A stretch of 64,000 nt of DNA from an uncultured Actinomycetota bacterium. Lineage in GTDB: Bacteria > Actinomycetota > Actinomycetes > Propionibacteriales > Nocardioidaceae. Below the pieces are notes generated by a model. It was not told the DNA's origin, did not search any database, and worked only from the letters and a program-made list of their open reading frames with translations. Below, piece by piece: positions 10,260 through 22,593 of the stretch. The stretch is taken from positions 291,233 to 355,232 of the forward strand of contig OY970188.1 in assembly GCA_963708035.1 (NCBI GenBank). Direction: 5' to 3'. Position 1 is the stretch's first letter; each line of letters opens with the position of its first letter. The translations under genes and the position numbers were made by a program.

Positions 10260-11132
10260 TCAGTCCGCTGGGCCCGCCAGCCCGACCAGCCGGGTGCTGA
10301 CCTCGTACAGCCGTCGGCCCAGGTCGTCGTCCTGAGCCAGCGAGGACGGGTCGCGCACCTGGTTGCGCGTGTAGTAGCCGCCGGTCTCGCCCTCGACGTC
10401 GGGGCTCGCGGCCAGGTACGCCAGCCGTTCGCCGCCGACCTCGGGTGACTCCATCCGCCGCTTCATCAGCGCCAGCACCGGCCGGGCGAACCACGGCGCA
10501 CCGCTCCAGATGTTCGTCGCGATCGCCCCGGGGTGCAGCGAGGTCACCGTGACGCCCGTGCCGTCCAGCCGGCGGGCGAGGTGCCGCGCGGTGAGCACGT
10601 TGGCCAGCTTCGAGCGGCTGTAGGCGCGCATGACCGAGTAGCCGTGCTCGAAGCCGAGGTCGTCGAGGTCGAGGGTGCCCGAGTAGTGACCGGCCGAGGA
10701 CGTGAAGACGATCCGGGACGGCGCGCTCTCGAGGAGGCGGTCGAGCACCAGCTCGGTGAGCAGCAGACCGGCCAGGTGGTTGACGGCGAGCGTCGCCTCC
10801 ACCCCGTCGCCGGTCAGGGTCCGGCGGGAGAAGACCGTGCCCGCGTTGTTGACCAGGACGTCGATGCGCGGGCAGGTGTGGAGCAGGTCGTCGGCCAGCC
10901 GGCGTACGGCGGCCTGGTCGGCGAGGTCGCACAGCAGCGCGTCGCTCGCGCAGGACGGCGACTCGGCGCGGAGCCGGCCGACCGCGGCGGCGGTACGCCG
11001 CGGGTCACGCCCGACCAGCACGATCCGGCAGTCCGGTCGGGACCGCGCGAGCCGGCTCGCGCACTCCAGCCCGATGCCGTCGGAGCCGCCGGTGATGACG
11101 AACGTCTTCGCGCCGCTCGGGGCGGAGGTCAC
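10260..11132 (-). CDS. Short-chain dehydrogenase/reductase
   Basis: [19 protein letters not shown]; GTG start overlaps fumC stop. Confidence 0.92.
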   Translation of the reverse strand: MTSAPSGAKTFVITGGSDGIGLECASRLARSRPDCRIVLVGRDPRRTAAAVGRLRAESPSCASDALLCDLADQAAVRRLADDLLHTCPRIDVLVNNAGTVFSRRTLTGDGVEATLAVNHLAGLLLTELVLDRLLESAPSRIVFTSSAGHYSGTLDLDDLGFEHGYSVMRAYSRSKLANVLTARHLARRLDGTGVTVTSLHPGAIATNIWSGAPWFARPVLALMKRRMESPEVGGERLAYLAASPDVEGETGGYYTRNQVRDPSSLAQDDDLGRRLYEVSTRLVGLAGPAD

Positions 11133-12508
11133 GGGCGCGTCATCTTCTCCACGTCGAGTGCCTCGTCGAGCTGCTCCTCGGTGATCTCGCCGCGCTCGAC
11201 GTACCCGAGGTCGATCACCGTCTGCCGGATCGTCGCGCCCTCGGCGAGCGCCTGCTTGGCGATCTTCGCGGCGGCCTCGTAGCCGATGTACTGGTTGAGG
11301 GGCGTCACGATGCTCGGCGAGGACTCGGCGTAGGCCCGCATGCGCTCGCGGTCCGCCGTGATCCCGCGGACGCAGTCGGCGAGCAGGCGCGAGGCGTTCG
11401 TCAGCAGCTCGATCGACTCCAGCAGGTTGCGCGCGATCACCGGCAGCATCACGTTGAGCTCGAAGCTGCCCGAGGCGCCGGCGAACGTGATCGCGGCGTC
11501 GTTGCCGATCACCTGCGCGCACACCTGGAGGGTCGCCTCCGGGATCACCGGGTTGACCTTGCCGGGCATGATGCTCGAGCCCGGCTGGAGGTCCTGGAGG
11601 TGGATCTCGGCCAGACCCGCGGTCGGGCCGCTGCCCATCCAGCGCAGGTCGTTGCAGATCTTGACCAGACCGACGGCGTAGGTGCGGAGGGCGCCGCTGA
11701 GCTCGACCAGCGAGTCCTGGGTGCCCTGCGCCTCGAAGTGGTTGCGCGCCTCGGTGAACGACTCACCGGTGTCGGCGTCGAGGTGCGCGATCGTGCGCTC
11801 GGCGAACCCCGCGGGGGTGTTGATCCCGGTGCCGACGGCGGTCCCGCCGAGTGGCAGCTCGCGGGCCCGGGGGAGCGCGGCGGCCAGCCGTTCCCTCGCG
11901 TACGCCGCGGTGGCGGCGTACCCGCCGAGCTCCTGGCCGAGCGTGACCGGCGTGGCGTCCATCAGGTGGGTGCGACCGGACTTCACGGCGTCGGCGTACT
12001 CCTCGGCCTTGACCGTGAGTGCCTCGGCGAGCAGGCCGATGGCCTCGTCCAGCGGCTCGGCGGCAAGCACCGCCGCGACGTGGATCGCGCTCGGGAAGGT
12101 GTCGTTGGAGGACTGGCTGGCGTTGACGACGTCGTTCGGGTGGCACTCCACGCCGGCGCGCGCGGTGAGCGAGGACAGGACCTCGTTGACGTTCATGTTG
12201 GTGCTGGTGCCCGAGCCGGTCTGGAAGACGTCGATCGGGAAGTGGTCGTCGTGCCGGCCCTCGACGACCTCGGCGACGGCGGCGACGATCGCGTCGCGCT
12301 GCTCGTCCGTGACGACCCCGAGGTCGGCGTTGGCGCGCGCGGCGGCCCCCTTGATCCGGGCGAGGGCGTGCACGAGGGCGGGCGGCAGTGGGCGACCGCT
12401 GATCGGGAAGTTCTGCACCGCACGCTGGGTCTGCGCCCGCCACAGGGCCTCGGCGGGCACCTCGACCTCGCCCATGGAGTCGTGCTCGATCCGGATGTCT
12501 CCGCTCAT
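11129..12508 (-). CDS. fumC: Class II fumarate hydratase
   Basis: [35 protein letters not shown]. Confidence 0.95.
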   Translation of the reverse strand: MSGDIRIEHDSMGEVEVPAEALWRAQTQRAVQNFPISGRPLPPALVHALARIKGAAARANADLGVVTDEQRDAIVAAVAEVVEGRHDDHFPIDVFQTGSGTSTNMNVNEVLSSLTARAGVECHPNDVVNASQSSNDTFPSAIHVAAVLAAEPLDEAIGLLAEALTVKAEEYADAVKSGRTHLMDATPVTLGQELGGYAATAAYARERLAAALPRARELPLGGTAVGTGINTPAGFAERTIAHLDADTGESFTEARNHFEAQGTQDSLVELSGALRTYAVGLVKICNDLRWMGSGPTAGLAEIHLQDLQPGSSIMPGKVNPVIPEATLQVCAQVIGNDAAITFAGASGSFELNVMLPVIARNLLESIELLTNASRLLADCVRGITADRERMRAYAESSPSIVTPLNQYIGYEAAAKIAKQALAEGATIRQTVIDLGYVERGEITEEQLDEALDVEKMTRP

Positions 12509-13206
12509 GCTTCCGAGGCTACGCGCCGGGCGACGTAGAGCCAGTAGTGCTCATCGCGGTCCTGGAGGCGCACCGCATGGGCCCGCTCCTCCACCTCGTC
12601 GAAGACCTCGCGCAGCACCTCCGCGAGGTCCGGCGAGCGCTCGGCACACCAGACCACCAGCGCGCCGCCCGGGGTCAGCCGGTCGAGCACGGCGCGCAGG
12701 AAGGGCTCGTCGTACAGGGCCGAGTTGGCCTCGTGCACGAGCTGGCCGGGACCGTTGTCGACGTCGAGCAGCATCACGTCGTACGTCGCCGGGCCGGCCT
12801 CGGTGACGGCCTGCGCCACGTCGGCGACCACGACGCGTGCCCGGCGGTCGGCCAGGAGCTGGGGTCCGTGCGGGACCGTGCCGTCGCGCATCCAGTCGAC
12901 GAGCGCCGCCTCGATCTCGACGACGTCCGCCTGCTCGACGCGCCGGTCGCCGAGGACCCGCTGCAGCGTGAAGCCGAGCCCCAGACCCCCCACCAGCACC
13001 CGCCGGGGCTCGTCGACCACCGCCAGCGCGACGTCGGCCAGGGCCTGCTCGGAGGCGTGCTCGGCGGTGTCCATGACGAAGACGCCGTTCGCGCGGAGTT
13101 CCAGTACGGTCGGACCACCGCGGTGGTCCTCCGGGCCCGGGCGCCGCTCGCGGAGCACGAGCTCACCGCGCTCGGACTCGCGACGTGCCACCTCGACGTA
13201 CTCCAC
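12505..13206 (-). CDS. Spermidine-synthase-like methyltransferase-fold protein
   Basis: [20 protein letters not shown]; true gene is the last 233 aa of the 1431-aa ORF; stop overlaps fumC ATG. Confidence 0.85.
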   Translation of the reverse strand: MEYVEVARRESERGELVLRERRPGPEDHRGGPTVLELRANGVFVMDTAEHASEQALADVALAVVDEPRRVLVGGLGLGFTLQRVLGDRRVEQADVVEIEAALVDWMRDGTVPHGPQLLADRRARVVVADVAQAVTEAGPATYDVMLLDVDNGPGQLVHEANSALYDEPFLRAVLDRLTPGGALVVWCAERSPDLAEVLREVFDEVEERAHAVRLQDRDEHYWLYVARRVASEA

Positions 13207-13320
13207 GGATCTACCGTAGGGACACGGAGCCGCGCGACGACGGCACCGGGACGCGCGACCTATAGTAAAGTGAAAAGGTAGACAATGGGGCTCGGCAGGA
13301 CGCCGAGCGAGGAGGGGAGC

Positions 13321-16173
13321 ATGCAGGACGGACGACCGACGCCCCGCGTCGTCGTGATCGGAGCCGGCGCCGCCGGCAGCCTGACCGCGCTGCACCTCGC
13401 CCGCGCCGCCCGCCGACGAGGCACGACGCTCGACGTCGTCCTGGTCGACCCCGCCCTGCACCGCGCCCGCGGCACGGCCTTCGGTACGACGGACCCGCAG
13501 CACCTGCTGAACGTCGCCGCCGGCGGCATGAGCGCACTCCCGGAGGACCCGGGGCACTTCGTCGCGTGGCGTGCTCGCCAGCACCCGGAGCTGATGACCG
13601 AACCCGGCGTCTTCGCGCCGCGCATCGAGTGGGGGCGCTACCTCGACGAGACCCTGTCGCGGACCTACGCCCACGACGAGCAGGTCTCGATCCGGCACCT
13701 GCGCGTCCGGGCGACCGGGATCCGCCGCGACGACTCGGGCGTGGTCGTCACCGCGGACGACGGCCAGGTGGTGGTCGGCGACGCCGTGGTGCTGGCCATC
13801 GGTGAGAAGCCGCCGGGGATCGGCTGGGCGCCCGAGTCGCTGCGGCGCTCGGCGTTCTTCGTCCCCGACCCCTGGGCGCCGGGCGCCCTCGACGTCGTAC
13901 GCCGCGACGCGGCCGGGCCCGCCGAGGTGCTGCTGGTGGGCACCGGGCTGACCATGGTCGACGTGGTGCTCTCGGTGACGGGGCCGTCGCAACGACCCGA
14001 CCGGCGCGTGCATGCGGTCTCCCGGCACGGCGAGCTGCCGAAGCGGCACGCCGACCAGCTCCAGCTGGCGGCGATCCCGGAGATCGACGACTGGGGTGAC
14101 ACCCTCGAGAGCTACCGGGCGCGGACGGCCGAGCACGTCGCTCGCGTGCAGCGTGCGACCGGCGACTGGAGGCCGGCGATCGACGGCCTGCGCACCGTCG
14201 TCCAGGCCCTCTGGCAGCGGCTGGGCGAGGAGGACCGGATCGAGTTCCTGCGCACCGACGCGAGCGCCTGGGGCCGGGTCCGGCACCGGATGCCGCCGGG
14301 GTCCGCCGACGTGATCGCGGCGCTGCGCTCCTCGGGCACCCTCACGCTCGCCGCGGGCAGCGTCGCCGACGCCGAGCCGCTCACCGGCGGTGGCCTGCGG
14401 GTGACCCTCGTGGACGGCAGCGTGCGCGACGTCGGCTGGGTGGTGAACTGCACCGGCACCAGCCAGGTCGTCGTGCCCGGCGCCGACCCGTTGCTGGACG
14501 AGCTGCTGCGGCCGCGGGCCGGCGTCTCGCTCGGCCAGGTGAGCACGGCCGGCATGGGCCTGCGGACGCACCACGGCCGGCTCGTCGACTCGACGGAGTC
14601 CGCCGCCGCGCCGATCTGGACGCTGGGCTCGGTCCGCCGGGGCGAGCTCTTCGAGTCCACCGCGATCCCCGAGATCCGCACCCAGGCCGCGCAGGTCGCG
14701 ACTGCGGTGCTGGACGAGGTCGCCCCCGAGCCCCGGCGGCTCGCCGACGGGCGGCTCGTCGGAGGGCACCACCCGGTGGCGCGTCCGCGCGACCCCCTCG
14801 GGCTGCCCCTGTCGACGACCGCGGAGGCGGCGGCGGCGTACAACGCGGGGCTGGAGCGGCTGATGCGGCTCCAGTCGGGCGCCGACGAGAAGCTGCTCGA
14901 GGCCGTGACGCTCGACCCCGGGTTCGCCGTCGGCCACGCGGCCCTGGCGATGCTCGGTCACGAGGCGGGCGCGTCCGTCGACGTCTCGGCGTCGCTGGAG
15001 GCCGCGCAGCAGGCGGCCCGGGAGCGCGCCGACGACCGTGAGCGCAGCCTGGTCGACGTCGTGACCCGCCGGGTGCGAGACGTCCGGAACTCCGGCGCCA
15101 CCGCGCTGATGAACCACATCGCGCAGAACCCGCGCGACGTCCTGGCCGTCTCGGCGGCGGTGCCGACCATCGCATTCTCGGGTGTCACCGACATCCAGCA
15201 GGAGGCCTGGGAGCTGGTCGAGGGCCTGGCGCCGGCGTACGGCGACCACTGGTGGTACATCTCCCTCCTCGCCTTCACCCGCCAGGACCAGTCGCGCTTC
15301 GACGACGCCGGCCTCCTCGCCGAGACCGCGCTCGAGTGCGAGCCGACGTCGGGTCACGCCGTGCATGCCCAGACGCACGTGATGTACGAGACCGGTCGCC
15401 ACGAGGCCGGCCGAGCGTGGCTGGACAACTGGGTCTCGGAGTCCGGCCGCTCCGCCAGCCACCGCGCGCACTTCTCCTGGCACGCCGCCCTGCACGAGCT
15501 CGCGATCGGCGACACCGAGGCGGTCCGTCAGCGGTACTACACGCAGCTCGCGCCGCCGACGGTCACCGGCGTCCGGGCCCTGATCGACTCCGCGTCGCTG
15601 CTCTGGCGCTGGGTGGTGACGACATCGGGCTGGGACGCCGCGGCCGGTACGTCGGCCTTCACCGGCGAGACCGCGCCCCCGCCGATCGACTGCGTGCTCG
15701 ACGCCGCCGGGCCGGACCTCGTCGACCGCCCGGAGACGCCGTTCGTCGCGCTGCACGCCGCACTGGCGGTGGCCGCGTCCGGCGACCAGGCCCGGCTCGC
15801 CCGGCTGCACGCGCACTGTCAGGAGTCCTCCGACCTGTCCGTCCGGACCACGGTCGCCTCGGTGTGCGAGGCGCTGCTCGCCGCCGGCGACCAGCGGTGG
15901 GGTGACGCCGCCCGCGTGCTCGGTGACGTGCTGCCCGGGCTCCCGCGGGTCGGCGGGTCGGCGGCGCAACGCGAGATCGTCGAGGAGTCGCTGCTCTACT
16001 GCCTGGTCAGCGACGGCCAGGCCGACCGCGCCCTCGCCCTGCTCGACGGCCGCCTCGACCGGCGTTCCTCGCCGCTCGACCGCCGCCGCCGCGACTCCCT
16101 CGCAGCGCCGCTGACGGGCATGACCGCTCGAAGTCCTGCCCTGCGGACCGCACAGCGGGGGAGCGCACACTAG
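13321..16173 (+). CDS. FAD/NAD(P)-binding oxidoreductase (YdhS/NAD_binding_9-like) fused to a TTC38-like TPR domain
   Basis: VVIGAGAAG, HLLNVAAGGMS, VLLVGTGLTMVD, VVNCTG; C-half HAVHAQTHV, HFSWHAALHEL, VGGSAAQREIVE. Confidence 0.85.
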   Translation: MQDGRPTPRVVVIGAGAAGSLTALHLARAARRRGTTLDVVLVDPALHRARGTAFGTTDPQHLLNVAAGGMSALPEDPGHFVAWRARQHPELMTEPGVFAPRIEWGRYLDETLSRTYAHDEQVSIRHLRVRATGIRRDDSGVVVTADDGQVVVGDAVVLAIGEKPPGIGWAPESLRRSAFFVPDPWAPGALDVVRRDAAGPAEVLLVGTGLTMVDVVLSVTGPSQRPDRRVHAVSRHGELPKRHADQLQLAAIPEIDDWGDTLESYRARTAEHVARVQRATGDWRPAIDGLRTVVQALWQRLGEEDRIEFLRTDASAWGRVRHRMPPGSADVIAALRSSGTLTLAAGSVADAEPLTGGGLRVTLVDGSVRDVGWVVNCTGTSQVVVPGADPLLDELLRPRAGVSLGQVSTAGMGLRTHHGRLVDSTESAAAPIWTLGSVRRGELFESTAIPEIRTQAAQVATAVLDEVAPEPRRLADGRLVGGHHPVARPRDPLGLPLSTTAEAAAAYNAGLERLMRLQSGADEKLLEAVTLDPGFAVGHAALAMLGHEAGASVDVSASLEAAQQAARERADDRERSLVDVVTRRVRDVRNSGATALMNHIAQNPRDVLAVSAAVPTIAFSGVTDIQQEAWELVEGLAPAYGDHWWYISLLAFTRQDQSRFDDAGLLAETALECEPTSGHAVHAQTHVMYETGRHEAGRAWLDNWVSESGRSASHRAHFSWHAALHELAIGDTEAVRQRYYTQLAPPTVTGVRALIDSASLLWRWVVTTSGWDAAAGTSAFTGETAPPPIDCVLDAAGPDLVDRPETPFVALHAALAVAASGDQARLARLHAHCQESSDLSVRTTVASVCEALLAAGDQRWGDAARVLGDVLPGLPRVGGSAAQREIVEESLLYCLVSDGQADRALALLDGRLDRRSSPLDRRRRDSLAAPLTGMTARSPALRTAQRGSAH

Positions 16174-16943
16174 GTCGCCCCCGTGTGACGCCCGACGACC
16201 TTGTCGAAGTCGTAGGGTCGGGCCCTGATCCCGTCGGTGCCGTACAGCCAGAACACCGTCCAGCCCGGCACCATGGTCGTGCTGAGGCCCGTGACGGGGT
16301 GGGTCGATGCCCCTGGCGTCGGTCCAGGTGATGGAGTCGTAGGTCCCGTCCTCCACCACGCCGGCCAACGCGTATGCGGCCCGCCTGCGTCCGCCGCTCA
16401 TCAGGATCGGCAGGTCGGTCCGGTCCCGGGCTGCAGGCTGATGGAGTCGCCGTGCAGACCGTCGGGGCGCTGGAGCCCCGCCTGCACCGTGACGACCATC
16501 CCGTGGTGGCCGGTCCGCATGTCGACGCCCGGCTGCCGGACGGCGTAGAGCACTCGGGGCTGCCATCGGTCCGGTGCCCGATCCGGACCACGTCACCCAG
16601 CGGCGTGTGGCGCTCCCGGGGCGGTCGCTCGCACACGAAGACGCCACCGGCCACCGGACATGCGGCCGGGTCCACCGAGGACGAGTGTCCCGGATGATGC
16701 GGCCTCGGGCTGTCGTCGCACTCGGTCCGCTCGCGACCCGGTGGTCGGGGTTCGGGCCCGTTCCGTGGGAGCTGCCGAGGGCGGCGGCCACACCGACCAC
16801 GCCGACGACTCCCAGGCGCCGTACGCCGCGCGGCGGCGGTGCTGGACCCGACGGCTGCGGCGGATCAGGGCCCCGACGTCGGGGCGGGTGACCGGCAGCG
16901 GGTCGGTCGCGACGAGGTGGGACAGGTCATGGAGCTCGGTCAT
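16170..16943 (-). pseudogene. Membrane-anchored partner (putative anti-sigma) of the ECF sigma factor, five frameshifts
   Basis: Fragments MTELHDL...RRRAAYGA / LGVVGVVGVAAALG / PAACPVAGGVFVC...SPE / VLYAVRQPG / DLPILMSGG / HPVTGLSTTMVPGWTVFW join into 259 codons (774+4-1=777 nt). Confidence 0.7.
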
Positions 16944-17439
16944 GGCGTCGTGCCTTTCTGGTCGGTCTGCAGCTCGGCGGCGCGCAGGCGGTGGATCGCC
17001 CGTGAGGCCTGCTCTTGACGGTGCCTGGACTGATGCCGAGAGCCGCCGCGACCTCGCGCTCGGGAGTGGCGAGGTAGTGACGCAGGACGACGACGGCGCG
17101 TTCGCGTGGTGTCAGCGGCTGCAGGAGGTCGAGGAGCTCGCTGCGGTCGTAGATGACGGTCTCCCCGGACGCCACCGGTCGGTCGGCCACCTCGGTCGGC
17201 GTCGGCCGTCGGCGACGGGTCGAGTCGATGTAGGCGTTGACCAGCGAGCGGTGCACGTAGGAGTACGCCTCGTCGCGGCGGACCCTCGGCCACACGGCGT
17301 ACGCCCGGACCAGCACGTGCTGCAGGAGGTCCTCCGCGTCCTGGGTGTGGTGCGTCAGCAGGAAGCTGGCACGGCGTAGCCGCGGCCACGCGGCCGTGAC
17401 GAACTCCTCGAACTCGCGGTCCCGCTTCTCGCGCCGCAT
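16940..17439 (-). pseudogene. SigE-family ECF sigma factor with one frameshift near 17010
   Basis: FEEFVTAAWPRLRR, AEDLLQ, LTPRERAVVVLRHY, GISPGTVKS; native end QASRAIHRLR continues in another frame (one C missing). Confidence 0.85.
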
Positions 17440-17479
17440 CCCGGTGCTCCGTCCCTCGAGGCGTGCCCTCCTCCCTCCC

Positions 17480-17505
17480 TACGCGCCCCGGGCCGAAAAG
17501 GTTGC
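17480..17505 (-). promoter_or_regulatory. Putative ECF (SigE-type) autoregulatory promoter
   Basis: GCAAC-N17-CGTA on the minus strand about 40 nt upstream of the sigma ATG. Confidence 0.5.
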
Positions 17506-17507
17506 GC

Positions 17508-19211
<1,704 letters not shown>

Positions 19212-19247
19212 GAAGCAGCAGGCTAGCCGGGCGGCAGCGACCGACGG

Positions 19248-21296
19248 CTAGCGGCCGAGCTGGGGGTCGCTCGTGCTGGCCCGGCCGGTGTCGAAGCGGC
19301 CGGCGAGGCCGCGCTCGAACCCCTTGTGGTTCCGCGCGGTCACCATCACGTCGTACCACCCGTGCGTGGCGGCGAGCCCGATGCGCACGTGCTTGCGCTT
19401 GCCCGCGCCGACCCGGACGGTCCGGTCGGGGGCGTAGGCGTCCTCGACGTGCGCGTGCAGTGCGTGGTCAGAGCGGTTGTGCAGGGTGAGCACGAGGTGG
19501 CCGTCCTCCCGGGCGGCGTGCACGTCGAGCAGAGGGCTGTGCGTGTTGCCCGCGAACCGACGGAAGAACCCGTTGGGGCCGTGGAGGTTGACGTCGAAGT
19601 GTCCCGTCACCGGCACGACCGGGCGGAGGGTCCGGCCCGCACCGACCGTGTAGCTGTACGGCGCGCGCTTGATGCCGTTGGACCGCGCCTGGAGCTGGAC
19701 CCCGAGCCGCCCGCTGTTGGCGATCGTGAAGGCGAGGCCGTCCGGCCGGACGTCGAGATCGACGCGGAGCCGGTAGCCGAGCGGGCGTGAGGGTCGTAGG
19801 CCCGGCTCCTGCTTCGGCATCCGCTGGTCCTCGGGCACCGTCGGCACGTAGGGCGACTGGCGGTTCCGGTCGGGCGGCTTGTACGCGTCTGGCACGGGTG
19901 GCGTCGCCGGCGGTCCGGGCGCCTTCGTGAAGTCGAACGCCGAGGTCAGGTCGCCGCACACCGTGCGGCGCCAGGGGGTGATCTGCGGCTCCTTCACGCC
20001 GAACCGTCGCTCCAGGAACCGGATGATCGAGGTGTGGTCGAAGGTCTCCGAGCAGACCCAGCCGCCCGTGCTCCACGGCGACACCACGGTCATCGGGACG
20101 CGGACGCCGAGCCCGAAGGGGCCGGGCGTCCCCTCCTTGCCGGTGTACAGCTCGTGGTCGAGCGCGACCGTCGAGTCTCCGCGCAACGCGCCCACGTTGG
20201 GGTACGGCGGCACCACGTGGTCGAAGAACCCGTCGTTCTCGTCGTAGGTCAGGAAGAGCGCGGTCTTGGCCCAGACCTCCGGGTCGCTGGTGAGTGCGTC
20301 CAGGACCTGCGCGACGTACCAGGCGCCGTAGTTGGCCGGCCAGTCCGGGTGCTCGGTGAACGCCTCCGGGGCGACGATCCAGGACACCTGCGGGAGCTTC
20401 CCCTGCTGGACGTCGTCCGTGAGCTGGTCGAAGAGCTGGGTGAAGTCGCCCAGCTGGATCTGCGTCCCATGACGTGACCGCTTGTAGAGGTGCTGGTCGG
20501 GGTCGGCGTTCTGGAACTGGCGGAAGTAGAGCAGCGCGTTGTCGCCGTAGTTGCCGATCGTGGGGTCCAGGAAGTCCCAGCCCCACGAGTGGGCCGCGTC
20601 GAGGCCCTCGCCCTTGTCCTGGTAGATCTTCCACTTCACGCCGGCGTGCTGCAGGCGCTCTGGGTAGGTCTTCCAGTGGAAGGCCGGCGAGATGGAGTTG
20701 TCGATCGAGGGCCCGCCCGCCTTGCCGTCGTTGCCCGCCCACCCGGTCCACATGTAGTAGCGGTTCGGGTTGGTGGGCCCGAGCATGCTGCAGTGGTAGG
20801 CGTCGCACACGGTGAAGGCGTCGGCCAGCGCGTAGTGGAACGGCACGTCCGAACGACGCAGGTGCGCCATCGTGGTCCCGGTCCCCTTCGCCGGCACCCA
20901 GCGGTCGTAGTCGCCGCCGGCGAACGCCTGGTGCCCGGTCTCCCAGCCGTGGTCGAGGTCCTGGAGGAACTTCAGGCCGAGGTCCTGGGTGGCGGGACGG
21001 AAGGGCAGCACCTCACCCTTGCCCTGCTTGCCCGGCTGGTGCCACACCGACCGGCCGTTGGGCAGGGTGACCGCGTGCGGATCGCCGTACCCGCGCACGC
21101 CGCGCATGGTGCCGAAGTAGTGGTCGAACGAGCGGTTCTCCTGCATCAGGATCACGACGTGCTCGACATCGTCCAGCGAGCCGGCGCGCCGGTTCGCCGG
21201 GATCGAGGCCGCCCGCGCGATCGACGGCGTGAGCACCGACAGCGCCGTGCTCCCGCCGGCGAGCTGGAGGAATCTCCGACGGTCGACCTCGGGCAT
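19248..21296 (-). CDS. Tat-secreted phosphocholine-specific phospholipase C
   Basis: Twin-arginine DRRRFL; LMQENRSFDHYFG, TNPNR, TYDENDGFFDHV, GLGVRVP, FDHTSI. Confidence 0.93.
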   Translation of the reverse strand: MPEVDRRRFLQLAGGSTALSVLTPSIARAASIPANRRAGSLDDVEHVVILMQENRSFDHYFGTMRGVRGYGDPHAVTLPNGRSVWHQPGKQGKGEVLPFRPATQDLGLKFLQDLDHGWETGHQAFAGGDYDRWVPAKGTGTTMAHLRRSDVPFHYALADAFTVCDAYHCSMLGPTNPNRYYMWTGWAGNDGKAGGPSIDNSISPAFHWKTYPERLQHAGVKWKIYQDKGEGLDAAHSWGWDFLDPTIGNYGDNALLYFRQFQNADPDQHLYKRSRHGTQIQLGDFTQLFDQLTDDVQQGKLPQVSWIVAPEAFTEHPDWPANYGAWYVAQVLDALTSDPEVWAKTALFLTYDENDGFFDHVVPPYPNVGALRGDSTVALDHELYTGKEGTPGPFGLGVRVPMTVVSPWSTGGWVCSETFDHTSIIRFLERRFGVKEPQITPWRRTVCGDLTSAFDFTKAPGPPATPPVPDAYKPPDRNRQSPYVPTVPEDQRMPKQEPGLRPSRPLGYRLRVDLDVRPDGLAFTIANSGRLGVQLQARSNGIKRAPYSYTVGAGRTLRPVVPVTGHFDVNLHGPNGFFRRFAGNTHSPLLDVHAAREDGHLVLTLHNRSDHALHAHVEDAYAPDRTVRVGAGKRKHVRIGLAATHGWYDVMVTARNHKGFERGLAGRFDTGRASTSDPQLGR

Positions 21297-21407
21297 GGGC
21301 GCTCCTCGTGAGGCGGGCCCCCGTTGAGCCCGAGGGCCCCGATCGTGGCAGACCGACCCGGTGGCCGACCACCCTTCGAGACGACGTCGTCGTGCCAGAC
21401 TGCACCC

Positions 21408-22451
21408 GTGACGACGACGCCGCGGAAGGGGAACCGTCTGCGTCTGGCGCCGACCCTCGAGGAGGTGGCGGCGCGGGCCGGTGTCTCGCGTGCGACCGCG
21501 AGCCGCGTCCTCCGCGGCGACGCCAAGGTCAGCGACCGAGCGCGCGAGGTGGTGCTCGCGGCGGCCCGGGAGATCTCCTACGTCCCGAACCTCGCGGCCC
21601 GGACGCTCGTCACCGGCCGCAGCGAGTCGGTCGCCTTCCTGGTCGAGGAGAGCGAGGAGCGGATGTTCGCCGACCCGTTCTTCCTCGGCATGCTGCGCAG
21701 CGCCCAGGAGGCCGTGGCGGTCGCCGGGCTCCAGCTGGTGTTCACCGTGATGAGCCGCCCGGAGGACCAGGACCGGTTCCTCGCCTACGCCGCCGGCGGC
21801 CACGTCGACGGCGTCCTCCTGCTGTCCCTGCACGGGCGCGACCAGCTTCCGCAGCGGCTCGAGTCACTGGGGGTGCCGACGGTGCTCAGCGGCCGTCCGT
21901 TGAGCGGCGGGCGCCGGCTCTGGTACGTCGATGCCGACAACGTCGGCGGTGGCGAGCTCGCCACCCGCCACCTGCTCGGGCAGGGCCGCTCGCAGGTGGC
22001 GACCGTCGCGGGGCCGCTCGACATGTGCGCCGGCCAGGACCGGCTCGCCGGCTACCGGTCGGCCGTCGAGGCGTCCGGCCGGCCGTACGACGAGAGCCTG
22101 GTCTCGGTGGGAGACTTCACGGCCGCCGGTGGGTACGCCGCGGCCGTCGCGCTGCTCGACCGGCGGCCCGACGTGGACGCGATCTTCGCGGCCTCCGACC
22201 TGGCGGCGTTCGGGGTGCTCCGGGCCCTCCGCGAGCGCGGGCGGCACGTGGGGGAGGACGTCGCCGTGATCGGCTTCGACGACGTCCCCGCGGCCGCCGA
22301 GCAACAGCCCCCGCTGTCGACGGTGAAGCAGCCGATCGCGGCGCTCGGGACCGCCATGACCCGGCTGTTGCTGGACCGGATCGAGGGCCGCCGTGGCCTG
22401 GCCCGGCGCACCGTGCTCCCGGTCGAGCTGGTGCTGCGTGAGACGGCGTAG
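21408..22451 (+). CDS. LacI-family transcriptional regulator
   Basis: PTLEEVAARAGVSRATASRVL, YVPNLAAR, AVIGFDD. Confidence 0.95.
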   Translation: MTTTPRKGNRLRLAPTLEEVAARAGVSRATASRVLRGDAKVSDRAREVVLAAAREISYVPNLAARTLVTGRSESVAFLVEESEERMFADPFFLGMLRSAQEAVAVAGLQLVFTVMSRPEDQDRFLAYAAGGHVDGVLLLSLHGRDQLPQRLESLGVPTVLSGRPLSGGRRLWYVDADNVGGGELATRHLLGQGRSQVATVAGPLDMCAGQDRLAGYRSAVEASGRPYDESLVSVGDFTAAGGYAAAVALLDRRPDVDAIFAASDLAAFGVLRALRERGRHVGEDVAVIGFDDVPAAAEQQPPLSTVKQPIAALGTAMTRLLLDRIEGRRGLARRTVLPVELVLRETA

Positions 22452-22489
22452 TCCTCCCTGATTACGCAGGAGACCGGTCGTAACCACCC

Positions 22490-22519
22490 TTGACACGGTG
22501 GCCGCGGGCGCAGCATCCT
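22490..22519 (+). promoter_or_regulatory. Promoter of the sugar ABC/GH1 operon
   Basis: TTGACA (22490-22495), 18 nt, CATCCT (22514-22519). Confidence 0.55.
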
Positions 22520-22531
22520 TTCCGGCAACCC

Positions 22532-22555
22532 AGTTGTGAGAGCGCTCTCACAACT
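22532..22555. promoter_or_regulatory. LacI-family operator (CebR/CelR-box-like)
   Basis: Perfect 24-bp palindrome AGTTGTGAGAGCGCTCTCACAACT just downstream of the promoter. Confidence 0.9.
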
Positions 22556-22593
22556 CGCCCGGAACCAGTCCGGACCGTCCCTCAGGAGGACCC

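Noticed and set aside
12505-16800. 1431-aa minus-strand ORF
   Set aside because: Composite: mostly the antisense shadow of the FAD-TPR gene. Only the last 233 aa (spermidine-synthase-like) and short pieces of the frameshifted sigma partner are real.
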